Part shown: positions 52,136-64,000 of the stretch, piece by piece | How positions within the stretch are numbered: the stretch's first letter is position 1 | Layout: each line of letters starts with the position of its first letter | From: Hydrolagus affinis | Taxonomy: Eukaryota | Direction: 5' to 3' | Assembly (NCBI GenBank): GCA_012026655.1 | Contig: JAAILG010000128.1 | Span: forward strand, 62,001 to 126,000 | Length of the DNA: 64,000 nucleotides | Translations under genes and position numbers: made by a program | Notes under the pieces: model-generated | What the model was told of the DNA's origin: nothing | The model's database searches: none | What the model saw: the letters and a program-made list of their open reading frames with translations, nothing else

Positions 52136-52842
52136 AGAGACTCTGGTATTTCAGTATTGAAGTTCCACAGCTACCATATGTTCTGTGGTTAGAAAGACGG
52201 TTACATTTGCCTGGTACTCAGTGCAAGAATGAATGACAACTCGATTGTCACCCAGAAGTGACAAGGATTTTTGTCATGGTGAAGGAGGCTCCCAGTTGCT
52301 GAAGTTACCTGACCATTTCTTGGAGCTACTAACTGAAAACGCTGATTTCCTTGAAGAGGTGGGTATTTTTTTAAAAAAAAACAACTGTAAATCGTAGACA
52401 GAAAAAGGAAAAATATTCTTCACTGAAAATAATATTTCACCGTCAAGAAAGCTGAACTTTTGGATGTAGCATCCTAACATTACCCAACACACATTAAGCC
52501 AAACATCATTCTCAGCCTCGTACTCTCAGTCTTACCCACTTGATGAGGGAATAAGGACAGGTTACAGCAGATCGCAAATTTTTATCAATTTAATCCAAAC
52601 TCGAGTTTGCCTTTTAAAGCTGCAGGAATGGCTTAGTGAAGGGAAAAAGGATTGTTTTTATTTTCTAAAAGGTAGCGTTCCATTTTAAAATGTTATGAAT
52701 TACCGATAGGCTGCATATTTACCTTGTTAATAAAGCTGCTACTCTGATGTACCGAAGACCAATTTGACAGTTATCATAATTGGTTCAAATTGTTAGTGAT
52801 AAATATTTTAGCATTGACTGTTGATCTGATTGCTCATTATCA

Positions 52843-53065
52843 AAATAATAATAACAACAACAACATTACATTTGTAGAGCACCTTTCACATCGGGAGGAC
52901 GTCCCAAGGCGCAGAATAATGCTTGTGTTTGATAAAGCACCTTATCAGGTCATCGATTTATCTCAAAGTGCTTCACAGGATTTCACTGTGAAGTGTAGTG
53001 ATTGTATTAGTAGGCAAACTTGGCATCCAATTTGTGCTCATCAATGTCCGACATAAGGTGAATGA
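52843..53065 (-). mobile_element. SINE tail (52913-53065) with a tail-only L2 (52846-52912) inserted in its (ATT)n end
   Basis: aataat flanks both sides of the L2 tail. Confidence 0.85.
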
Positions 53066-53893
53066 CAATCCGGGTAATGTTCTTACCCGGATTCAAAGTT
53101 GCAGTGAGATGAAACCGGCGAAAATTCCAACAAACGGTCAATAGTAGTGCACCCCTGAAATATTTGAGCGCACTTGTGATTGATGCCACAAGTCAAGAGT
53201 TTGATAAGGGTAAATAAAAGGATCACTAACCCAATTCCTGAGGTAGGCGGGTAAGAAGGAGCTGGAGAAAGAGGAATTGAAATATGGTCTTCAGAAAATA
53301 ACTGAGATCCATCGTGTGGCAATTGCTTTTCAGGAAATCCTCCTAAAAAATGTGTTAAAGGTAGACACACCACCTAACAGACTCGATTGTCACCATTGTA
53401 GTTTTTCTTTCTATTTGTTAAAGGTATTTTGGGACAACACAAGAAAAAAAAATGATAGTGATTTATTCTCTGAGGTTTCTAAAAGAAACCTTTCATTCAA
53501 CCTCAAAATCCATCATTGCTCTGAATAAATTGTTCAGCAAAAGACATGGGCTGGTGATTGGTCGGGTTCTCTATTGGAGAGGGAACTTTTATTCAAACTT
53601 GCCAGAAGAGTCTGAGACTTCAACCACAATACTTCTGAACTCTTTCCTAAAACCGTTTCTCTTTGCTGTTTCCTCCCCTCATCTGATTTGTTTCCACCGA
53701 AAATAAAACTCAATCACTTCAACTGTCCTTCAGTCACCTTCCCCTTCCCACTTCCTGGGCACTGTCTTCAATTGGTAGATTTAATTGTGAGAGACAACAT
53801 ATGAATATGGTTGCTTGGTGTAGTGTGCAATAGAATGATGACAGCCTAAACTAGGGTTAACTGAAAGAAGTGGTAAATGTGAAATAAACCACA

Positions 53894-54192
53894 TAATAAT
53901 AATACAAATCCTTGCATTTGATATAGCGCTTTTCACGCCTTCTAGACATCTCAAAGAGCTTCACTGTAAAGTGAATTGACTGTATATTTGTGGACAAAAC
54001 ATGGCAGCTATTTTGCGAACAGCAGTGTCCCACAAATAGTCATCGATTGAAGGGACCAATTGATTTTTTTTCTTCGGGGATTATTATCTGGTGTGTAAAG
54101 TAATGGAACTTGCCCTAAGTTTTGCCCTGTCAGGAATCAAACCCAGATCTCTCACATGTGAGGCACGTGCTCTAACCACTGAGTTACAGGAC
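53894..54192 (-). mobile_element. SINE family A, near full length
   Basis: Tail, Deu-like body and head (gctctaaccactgagttacaggactc) all visible as reverse complement. Confidence 0.9.
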
Positions 54193-56724
54193 TCTACTGT
54201 GTGAAGATACTTTACTGCACACAACAAGAAATGTCAAACACTTCCACTGGCTTTGTCTACAGCACATATTGACAAAGCAGTGCACAAAAATAAAAGGAGA
54301 GCAATTAAGCACTAAAAGCTTTCTGAATACAAGGGCATAGGTGGCATTGAATTCAGTTACATGCAATCATGCCTTAACAGCAGTACAAGGAAATACCTCA
54401 ATGGTACAAAAGGATTGTTGTTCACTTTCTGGATTAGAGTTATTGAATGAACACCTCCTGCGGTTACCATTTGAATAACACATCGCCCTTGTTGATTTCA
54501 GATTTGTCATAAAAAAAAGTCTGTTGGAGATTTCTCATCTGGCACATTACGGGCCATCTCGTCCAAAATGCCACACCACTCACTGAGCTGTTGTCAGCAG
54601 ATCAGCATGGAGGCGACCAGGATGCTTTCAGAATCCACAGAGCAGTAACAGCAGCTTGAGGGGCCACTGAGCTGTGCCGTGCAAGAATTGCGAGCGACAG
54701 ATTTTCATTGTTTAACATCGCTGTTAAATCAACCCCACACGCCTGCAACAGGACATCTGTATTTTGCGCAACTGAAGAAGTACGGTCAAAAATGCGGGCA
54801 AGCAGGCTCGCCTTGTTTCGTCAGTCTAACATGCGGATTGTTGAGTAATTGTAGTTCTGGTTCAATTGCGAAGATAGTGGCTTCTGCAGTGAGTTCAAGT
54901 AATAAGCTATGAGAACAAAAACAGCAAAGGAATTGTACGATGGAAGGAAGCATTTGAAGTTCCGACTGAAAGCTCTTCCAGTTATATACTGTAAAGTGCA
55001 GCGACTGTGTATCTTGTGAGCAAAGCAAATGTTAGTGTTCAAGATAGAAATGCTGGGAAAGGTCCCACGTTTACTCATGACTTTGCCTAGTAAATATTGC
55101 AATTATTACTTTGGAAATATTTCTAAATCATTCAAACCCATTTGGGGCATATAACATTGCATTAGTCTTCCACCACACACTCGGGAAAAGACTTATCAAA
55201 TTAAAATTGTAGGCAGGGTTGACAAATAATATCGACATAGGGATAAAAAACTATAGCTTTTCATAAAAAGTCAGAGGCAATGATTACCACATCAAATGGA
55301 TTTTACCACATACTTGTGAAAATCTCCTTTGCTATTGCTTCATTTAGAGGCAGGTTTCTTTTCTCCCCACTGAGAAATAACAAAATTACCAATTTCAAAG
55401 CGATTGCCATAGAAGCCCGAGCTAACCCGGAATCCTGCCACTGAATGCCATCTATCGCCGGGTAACGCACAGCAGCCAAAAGATTACAACTTTACGACAG
55501 ATTTGAAAGTGCTTATTTATTTAATATGTTTGCAGAGTAACCCAATTAGGGTTGAAAGCTTGTGTACAATGAGTTGCTGCCCACGGGTGGTTTATAGATT
55601 GAACAGCAGAGGACACAAAATAGATACAACACAGATCAAGGGGAACATTCTCTAGCATGTCTTGCTACTGGTTTCTCTGCAGCTGTTAAGGTTCTCTATA
55701 AAGTTCTCGTTTTTAATCTGCGAAGCTGGGTGCTGAACGCACATGAATAGGAGACGATAACTGTAGCCAAATGAAACGAAACAGATGTTCACATTTTTTT
55801 TTACAAATGTGTTTGTACTTTGAGCTTCAGCTGCGATGCAAGCAGGGTGTGCTGGCGGCTGGATTTAACAATAATATTGCTTGCTTGAGAGTTAATACAC
55901 GTAGAAATATTTATCCACATCTAAATCTTCTATCTATATCTAGCAGTAAAGTCATTATTTAAGGAATTGTTGGAGATTATTAAATTTTGTAAATAATGCA
56001 TGGGACGATTTAATCCCAGCAAGTGAATTTAATAAGGGTTCCAGCCATTTTTAACTGAGAGAAAGCGTCTGGATTGGTGTATATAAGTGAGTTGTTCAAA
56101 AGTACTCCTTGTTCATGAAGTGGAACCAACTATGTTCAATACAATGGGAGCAATAAGTTTGCAATAACTATGATGGTTTCAACAAGATTTGAAAGGATAA
56201 TGCTCTACCCTGACATCGAGGTGCCTTCAGTATGAATGCAGCTCATTTCCAAGTCCTTTTAATGACAACAAATCCTCTGCTACGTAAAGCTGAGTGACAT
56301 TTGCATTAAGGTGGTGTGGGTCACCGCCACACACTCGCTCACCAGCCCGGGGGACAAAGTGACATGTTTCCTGAGTCAAGATTTCACTCGCAGTTTCGCA
56401 CGATGGCAGCCATCACCGGAACGCAAGGGAATTGAGAAATATAATTTTCGCTCCTTACTGAATGTCAAAAGAACTGGAGAAAAATTCCATCCTGCCTCCC
56501 TGTGGGACGTCTGGGAGTTGATGGCTTTGATGTTGGAGAAGCCGATCATATCTGGATTACGTTTATATATTTTAAAAATGCCTCCTGTTTTGACTTTCTT
56601 GTAGTTCCAACATAAATGCCTTTTAAATAATTATGTGGCACCAGCAATGTGGGGCATTCCAATCATTTGCAATTCAAAGGGTGAGAATTAAAAGGGAATT
56701 AGATCTTTATTTAGGGAGAACAGG

Positions 56725-56850
56725 TCTATTAGGCTATGGGGAGCGGGCAGGGCAGTGGGATTGAATCGCTCTTTTCAAAGAGCCGGCACAGACTAGATGG
56801 GCCGAATGGCCTCCTTTTGTGCCATAAAATTCTATGAATCTATGAATCTA
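56725..56850 (+). mobile_element. CR1 3' tail with (ATCTATGA)-type terminal repeats
   Basis: ggctatggggagcgggcagggcagtggg...gggccgaatggcctcc...attctatgaatctatgaatcta. Confidence 0.9.
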
Positions 56851-56937
56851 AGTGCTAACTGTATCACTGAGAAGATTTGGATTAAAAGATTTGGAACTGA
56901 CTAAATATTCTTTCTGCAACTGGGCAGGACTGGGAAG

Positions 56938-57300
56938 ATAATAATAATAAGAAGAATCCTCACATTTGATATCGCACTTTTCATGTCTTCTAGACGTCTC
57001 AAATCGCTTCCCAGAATATAGTGTGAAGTGAATTGACTTGTGTATTTGTGGGCGAAACACAGCAGCCAATTGCACACAGCAGTGTTTGTTTGTGGGCAAA
57101 TGTGACAGCTGATTGCACAGAGCTAGTGTCCCATAAACAGTCATAGATTGAGTGACCAAATCATTTTTGTTTTTTATTCCAGCGATTATTATTAGGCATG
57201 TGGAGTAAGGAAACTTTCCCAAGGTTTCACCCTGACCTGCCTGGAATCGAATCCAGATCTCTCACTTGTGAGTGCTCTAACCAGTGAGCTATAGAACTCC
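56938..57300 (-). mobile_element. SINE family A (short), full length, with an internal ~45-bp duplication
   Basis: tttgtgggc...attgcaca.agc.agtgt occurs twice (~57045-57130); head gctctaaccagtgagctata. Confidence 0.9.
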
Positions 57301-57544
57301 ACAATTAGATCATGATCAGATATATTAATAATAATAATAATAGTCCTTGTATTTGATGCCGTTTTTCATGTCTTCTGGACGTCTTCACAGAAAATACTGT
57401 AAAGTGAATTGACTATAATTATGGGCGGAACACGGCAGCCAATTGCACACAGCAGATATGGATGAAAAAGGCACGTAATTTAGATCCTTTAATGTTATGT
57501 GTCTGAAGCAATGATTTGCTCAGTAACTGAAGTCTTATGACATA

Positions 57545-58150
57545 GATACAGCAATACTCCAGTCCACCTTGATTTTGAGCTCACGATTCCATGATGCTGA
57601 AATGAATGTGGCATAAAGGGAGCTACCCAGGCTCTTGAAGAAGTGCAGAGGAGTAATGAGCACTGAGGGAAGATTACACAAGCTGGGGTTCACAAAAAGA
57701 GACTTCTCAGAGGGGATCTTACAGTGCTGTACAGGTCTGAAAAAGTGAACCCTGAACAATACGTTCGGATGCATGAAGACAACAACCACAAATTACATTT
57801 GTGTAGTGCCTTTCATGTCAGGAAGACGTCCCAAGGAGCTGGATGATCAGAGATCTGCACCCAAGCTGGTGGTTGGGATCCAGGGTTGGAGTAGGAGGGT
57901 GACCAAAGGCAAGGTCGAAGAGGAGGGTCTTGTGACAGGTCTTGAAGGAGGGTAAGTAGAGTGGAGCTGATACTGGAGTTGGAAACGGTAAAAAAATAAT
58001 TCTGTACCCAGAGGGTAATTAATCACTAGAATAGATTGCCAGGAAAGGTAGTGGAAGCCAGGACACTAGACTCATTTAAAAAAAAAACAGCTTGATGTTA
58101 ATGCCAAAGCTCAGAAGAATGGGCATTCTGGAGGGCTGACATTAGATAGG
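57545..58150 (+). mobile_element. CR1 ORF2 C-terminus interrupted by an antisense L2 3' end (57778-57955)
   Basis: ALEEVQR..RLHKLG..KRLLRGDLTVLY..EKVNPEQY before the L2; QRVINH*NRLPGKVVEARTLDSFKK..LD after it. Confidence 0.85.
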
Positions 58151-59119
58151 CCAATTTTTAAAAAAAAATCCATTAATTGAGCTACGTTATAGTTTTAATA
58201 CTGCTGCCAAACTACAAAAATAAGTATATGAACATACATTATGATTAAATTAAAATAAAGCTCACCCAGTATCGAAAGTATTTTTTTCTCAATCTCTCTC
58301 AGAGTGATATGATGTGATAATATGGGACATCAAATTGCAAGGATTGTGGTCATTTTGGTATTCTTTAATTTTACAAATTTCAACCTAGCTGCATAACCTA
58401 TTTTTAACTTTAAAATGTAGTTTAAAACCTTGTGCATTACCTGCTAACTTTCTTCCTCCGTCCTTCCAGCATATAACCTGGCCATCAATCGTCCAGACAA
58501 ACTAGTCATTCAGTTTGACTGTTCGCATTCACTGATTGCGGGAACCTTGCTGTGTGTAAAATTGTGGCTGCTGCATTTGCCTATAAATACGTAGTCACTA
58601 CATTCCACAGGGATCACTTGTCAAACGCTCAGAGATGTTTCAAACTTATCAAACATACGACAAGCAAGGATCGTTAGTTATTCATTATTATTACTCATCT
58701 CCATTTTGAATACATGAGAGTAACTTTAAGGGCCCTGACTTTTGACTGACTGAAAAATAATCTTGAATGTCATTTTTTTTCAAGCAAACTGAAAGCCCAG
58801 AATCAGCTGATGGATGTGGATGCATCACATGCCCAGAGCAATCTATCATTCAGTTTTACAAATCAAACCAGTAAGGTGGCTGCCAAAGGTAAGAAATCTC
58901 ATCTGTTTCTCTTTCCCCCCAAACACTGTTTTTGCCGACAGCCTGATAGCAGCAAAATAAATGAGACAGCCATGGTGCTGGAAGGGTTCAGACAATCTGG
59001 GAATCTTATGATTCCCCCTGTCCTCTCCAGTGAGTGGCTTTGCACCCTGAGATATAGCTCTACAGGTTCTCACAGCACTCTACGTCTTGACCTGTCAATT
59101 TCACTCACTGTGAAGATCA

Positions 59120-59466
59120 GTGTGTCTCAAAGCACTTCAACAGGAATCACTGTAAAGTGTAGTGACTGTGAAGTTTGTAATCACAGCTGTCAACATGCAC
59201 ACATCTTACCTGGGGGATTCTTGTCTGGGACGGTGGGAGGAATTCCATTCTCTTTTCTAATAGTCCAGTGGGATTTTTAATGTCAGTCTGGAAAATGCAG
59301 ATGGGACCTAAGTTTGTGTTTCATCTGAAAGTTGGTACCCCCAGCAACACAATACTCTCCCAGCACTCTGTTGGGAATGTCAGTCTGGATCTCGAGTACA
59401 AAGGTCCAACGCGGGCATGAATCCAATCTTCTGACTCAGAAGCAATAGTGCTACCAACTCAGCCAA
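59120..59466 (-). mobile_element. tRNA-Deu SINE (family B)
   Basis: Head ttctgactcagaagcaatagtgctaccaactcagcca as reverse complement; Deu body present. Confidence 0.85.
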
Positions 59467-59802
59467 GATTTATTAATCCAGTGAAGTGTCGAGCAACCAT
59501 TTGCAGAAGTACAGCTATGATTCCAATTATTTCAATTCAGATTTATTGAACTTGATTAGAAATTTAATTATGTGTTTTAACCTTTTTTATAAAAATCAAA
59601 CCGTAACTTAATTAAAATATTTCCATAATGTAATGACTTTTTTTAAAAACAAAATCTGCTTAATTAGAAAACACATGGTTAAGACCTGATGGATGTGATA
59701 CATCCAGTGGGTTGATGTGACTGATGTTTATCAGGCTTTACTTTATCAAGCTTGTTCTTTGGTTAAATATATTGCTGGATTCCCTGATGCAGCTCATTTT
59801 TA

Positions 59803-60065
59803 AATAATAAAAATCCTTGCATTAGACCCAGCTCCTTTTACGTCAAAGAGAATCTCAAAGCATTTCACAGTATTTAGCGTAAAGTGCAGTTAGTCTGTGC
59901 ATATTGTAGCTGCAGCCATTTGCTCATTGCAACATCCCACAAACTGCCTTGATTTAAATGCCCATTTCTATTTCGGAGATTGTTGGCAAGGACACCGGGA
60001 GAAATTTGCTGCCCTTTTCGGATAGTGCTTTGGGTTTGAATGTCCACCAGAACAAGCTGTCGGGA
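59803..60065 (-). mobile_element. tRNA-Deu SINE 3' portion
   Basis: atccttgcatt...gcagccatttgc...atcccacaaac...ttggcaaggacaccgggagaa. Confidence 0.8.
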
Positions 60066-61549
60066 CAAGAGGAAGCCTATTGAGTCTGTTTAGTTAATGG
60101 AATCTGGACGTCCAAACACACTGTGGAAATAGTTCTGCTGTGAAAATTGACCACAAAAGGCATGAGAAATGCATTCTCCGATATAATAATGCACGGAATA
60201 TATTTAAATGCAAATACTGTATGAATACAACTCTTTAATAATCCAGTAGGATTAAAAACGCAGAAGCAGAACATATTGCAAAGTGTTTCTCAACCCAGCC
60301 CCCAACCTGAAATAGCAAGAGCTTTTGAAATCATATTTGAAATGGTAATGAGTCTAATAAGCCTTCAGCACAGGACAAATGGAATTCTATATTATAACAT
60401 CTCAGTAGGCAAGATGATTTGTGGCAATTTTGCTGTAAGTCTATGCATCAAAAAAAAGTCATTAATGTGATTGTAGGATGAGAGTTCTCCTAATGTGTAA
60501 AATATTGCCAGTAAATCAGCCTGGGAGTTAGGGTACAAAAACTTTTGCTTGTAACGTTTTCAATGAACCATTCATCTGCTAACCGCACATTATTTACCAT
60601 GTGCAAAGTGAGCAGCAGAAAAAAGTGACACAAAATAGTGGGCAGGTGACATTACTGAATCTACACAGTCTAAAACAATCCTCCCCCTTACCCCATACAC
60701 CACATGGTTAAATATAAGTCAGTCATGAAGTACAAGTAGAATATGTTAATGGCATTCAAAATGAGGAGGGGGTTTCTCCTGGTATCATGACCAGCAATCC
60801 CCCAAATCAAATTGGTCATTCACTTCATAGATGGTTTGTGGGAAATCACCTAAACACTTACACAGTCAATATACTTTCAGGAATTCCTATGAAACGCTTG
60901 GGGAGATCTCAATGAAGTGATAAGACGCTCCATGTGAGGATTATTATTCTCGTACCACTTCTAAAGATTCGCAAAGGCCACCCCTACATACCCTTGTCCA
61001 GCCCGCTAAAACTAATGAGAGTGGAAGCCAGATCAAAATTCCTTTTCATGGAACATAAACGTGACGAAGGTCAGAAACTTGCATTTCCTACCACGTTCCG
61101 TCCCTTCCAGAATATAATAATCCTTGCATTTGATAAAGTGAAGAAGGCGTAATGCTTTCAGTTCATTCCATTCCTCATTCTTGCTGTCACCTCAGAGACA
61201 GAGTAAAGGCTACTGACCACCTCTCTCTGCATTTGTCTGTATATTGTGTGCGTGGTGTGAGGGTTGCCTCTCCACCCTGCCGAGGTAATCAGGCTGAAGA
61301 CTCAGTGACCTCAGGAAAAAGATTACCTGCAGAATGAGATATAAATTTCAGAGAGCAGGGTTACTGCGTTGTGGCAATCATTACTTTTTTCCTAATCTCA
61401 AACCTCCTGGTCCAGAAACAAAACCCTGAGCAGCATTCCTTGTCAAGGCTAAAGCTGCCATGGCAACCGATCCTGTGTGGTCACTGTATCAAAGCGAAAC
61501 ACATTCTCGCAAAAAAATTCCCTTCCGTTCCTAGAACGTCCACGTTTAA

Positions 61550-62110
61550 ATTATCGCAACAAAACGCTGGTGAAACTCAACAAAGGCGCGCAAAGTCCCA
61601 CCGTTGCTCGTGAGGTGTCCGAGCTTCTTTCGTTTGGTCTAAACGACTGCCGGGAAGAATAAAGAGTGTCATAAGTCCAAATAAAGCGCCTTTTCGCACT
61701 TCTGCTGAAGTTCATTGTCATGTTTGCTTCGACAGCGAAAGATAGAATGAAGAGTGATGGTGGTAGAACTTGTCAATATTCTGGGACCACTCATGGAGGT
61801 CACACAGAAGATGAGCTGTCACACAGCTTTTCTTATCCCAGTTAATCTGATCTCACACCTCCTCCAGCGGATGATGCATCTTGTTTCTCGTACTGCTGCT
61901 TCCGCTTGAGTTATTAGTCATTGAGTGCACGCTCTTTAGGAACAAAAGTAATTTGATCCAATCCTTTGGAATAAAATAAATTCTCCCCATCTTGTCCAGA
62001 GCATAAGGTCAAAGCCTCTGTTTCTGCCTTGCCGTTTAACGACTCACCCAATAGGACTTCAAATTTGACTAATGTGATGGGGTTCCTATCAGCATTGGAG
62101 CATAGCAAGG
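61550..62110 (-). pseudogene. Decayed L1/Tx1 ORF2 (region after YADD)
   Basis: Ordered minus-strand remnants: LVKFEVLLGESLNGKAE (F...SG..LN..KSE), IIRWRRCEIRLTG (L..W....LSL.G), RRFIW, VGLCAP...LLR (GGL..P...LR). Confidence 0.5.
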
Positions 62111-62289
62111 ATACAGACTGAGTGGAATAATGGCTGAGAGGTGATAAAGATACATCTGGGGTGGGAGGGAACGAACAAACATTTTTTTTCATTCTCAGTC
62201 AAAAGGTTTATAGTTGTATGCTTAGTAAGAATTCATTTTCATTACTGATCATTCTTATGCTCACGGAATACCCAATAATAGCAAGCACT

Positions 62290-62528
62290 TCCCTAAATTG
62301 CTGTACGCAATTTGGCTACCACGTTTACCTATAATATACAGTCAGTGCACAGTTGAATCCTATGAAACACATTCAGACATCTCAATGACGTTATAAGGCA
62401 CTATATCAAATGCAAGGATTATTATTATTATTATGATGCAATTAAGCAGTCACTGCACTTGACAGTAATTCCCTCTGAAGTACTTTGAAACATTCAGAAA
62501 CACAATATCAAACGGAAGGATTATTATA
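62290..62528 (+). mobile_element. Two stacked SINE tails
   Basis: Tail ending aaatgcaaggatt(att)n at 62432, followed by a second ending atatcaaacggaaggattattat at 62527. Confidence 0.8.
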
Positions 62529-62679
62529 GTCATGTCACTACATCAAATCATGTTATTGATTACAATGTATTTGAAAAGAATTTTCCCCATTCTTTCCACA
62601 TGGCATTTTTGTCTCCTTGCTGAAGTTAACACAAGTTTTGGAGAGAAATAATGCGAACTCAACTCATGGAAAAGCCAGG

Positions 62680-62780
62680 CACCTCCGCCTGGTCCTCTCC
62701 CTTCCCACCTTTCAAATCCATCTGAAAACCTATCTTTTTGACAATGTATTCAGCCACATTCCTCCCCCGCCCACCCCCGC

Positions 62781-62814
<34 letters not shown>

Positions 62815-62970
62815 TGCACCAGCTCAAGACTCCCAGTCAGCTGTGTGAAATTCTTTTAAGCGCTCTGAGACGCCGTCCGGCGTGGAGGGCGCTATATAAA
62901 TCGAAGTTGTTGTTGTTGTTTGTTGTTGAAATGCCATCCAAATGTGAAATGCACTGTATAAATCTAAATC
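62680..62970 (+). mobile_element. Old L2 3' end containing a (CA)n tract and a young tail-only L2 (62858-62928)
   Basis: 'FQIHLKTYLFDNVF'; young insert aagcgctctgagacgccgtccggcgtggagggcgctatataaatcgaag(ttg)n. Confidence 0.85.
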
Positions 62971-63207
62971 ATAACTCCTAATTCTCAAAGTTGTGTTTCT
63001 TATCAGGGATTCAGCCCAAGAAAGGCTCGAAAATGCTTTTCTGAAATTAATGCAAAACCAAAAGGCACAAAGCTCAATTGGTTATTTCCCCCAAATTCTG
63101 AATTATGAACAAATAATGTAACATCTCTTGGCGAATAGCCGAATCGCAAAGCTTGAAGGGAGGAAGTCATTCAAATACAATTGCCATGGTTGCAGTTAAG
63201 TTATCTA

Positions 63208-63432
63208 CAGTTTCCTTACTCCACAAGCCTAATAATAATCACTAAAAAATTGGTCATTTCAATCCCCGGCTGTCTCTGGGACACCGCTGTGTGCAATTAG
63301 CTGCTGTGTGTCACCCACAAATATACTGCACAGTCAATTCTGTGCAGTTAATTCAGTATATTCTGTGAAGTGCTTTGAGACGCCTAGAAGACGTGAAAAG
63401 CGCTATATCAAATGCAAGGACTATTATTATTA
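63208..63432 (+). mobile_element. SINE family A (short), 5'-truncated
   Basis: gtttccttactccacaagcctaataataat...tgtgaagtgctttgagacg...aaatgcaaggactattattatt. Confidence 0.92.
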
Positions 63433-64000
63433 CAGAAATCGTCTGCTAGGCGGCAAGATAGCATGGTACGATATCATAATAGATTTGTGTGTGTGTGTCT
63501 GTGTGTGAATAGGGAGAGAAAACCGACATTGACCATCTTGCCAACAATCATATCTCCCATCGAATGAGTCACTGAAGCAGCAGTCATAAAAAAAAGACAA
63601 GAATCCTGAATTTCTTATTTATTTCTTGGCTGAAGGGCAAAGAGAGTCAGCAGTCTCTTAAATAAAAAAAACATAAAAACTGACTTGCAGAAACATAGGA
63701 GCAGGGTAGCATGTTATATTTCATTTAGCGCTGCTCGTAATGAAAGCCTTTTACAGTGTACGGTTAAAGAGCACGGTCTTAGCTAGGGGCATTTCCAAGA
63801 TGCCACTGGAAATGACTGACAGGACATGTGTGTTCTGTGGGGGCTTGTGTTTCCTCCCTCGATGAGTATGATGGCCTCGGTTTTCCATTCTGCAAGCCCA
63901 ACTGAGCGCTGCTGTTGCTTATCCGTTATAGGAGAATCAGGCTTTAATGAGAATCGAGACTGCAGTACGAACAGACTGAATGAATGGGAGCTGAAGGCAC

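Noticed and set aside
54540-54900. GC-richer stretch weakly like Gypsy RT/RNase H ('TPLTELL..AF', 'ATD')
   Set aside because: Similarity is too weak to call without a profile search.
58880-58895. Strong plus-strand donor AAG|GTAAGA inside a 156-aa ORF
   Set aside because: Lies in a probable decayed L2 ORF2 segment ('KKSHLFLFPPK'), and the ORF runs on into a SINE.
1-64000. CRISPR arrays, operons or other prokaryotic systems
   Set aside because: Sequence is eukaryotic; the recurring short repeats are dispersed retroposon tails in both orientations, not regularly spaced arrays.

Overview
Vertebrate non-coding DNA, most likely a large intron or intergenic region of a cartilaginous fish (shark or chimaera). 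The lineage is inferred only from the repeat complement recalled from memory: tRNA-Deu SINEs, L2 and CR1 tails, and a Penelope-type terminus. No intact protein-coding gene is evident; the six-frame ORFs are chance ORFs or decayed retroelement fragments. The window holds roughly 40 copies or fragments of two tRNA-headed, L2-tailed SINE families, truncated L2 and CR1 LINE 3' ends (often nested), several very old L1/Tx1, L2 and Gypsy protein fossils, microsatellites, and repeat-poor blocks that look like enhancers. The most notable items are: (1) a 111-bp insertion with an exact 12-bp target-site duplication carrying a minimal hammerhead-ribozyme core with one catalytic-site change; (2) a recurrent class of ~60-70-bp tail-only L2 insertions, many ending at the base of the 3' hairpin and often landing in other retroposon tails; (3) a SINE that appears to join CORE-like and Deu-like domains; (4) a candidate non-coding exon on the minus strand; (5) a 78-bp hairpin; (6) paired Pbx-Meis/Prep decamers. 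Repeat boundaries are by eye (about +/-20 bp) and family names need database confirmation.
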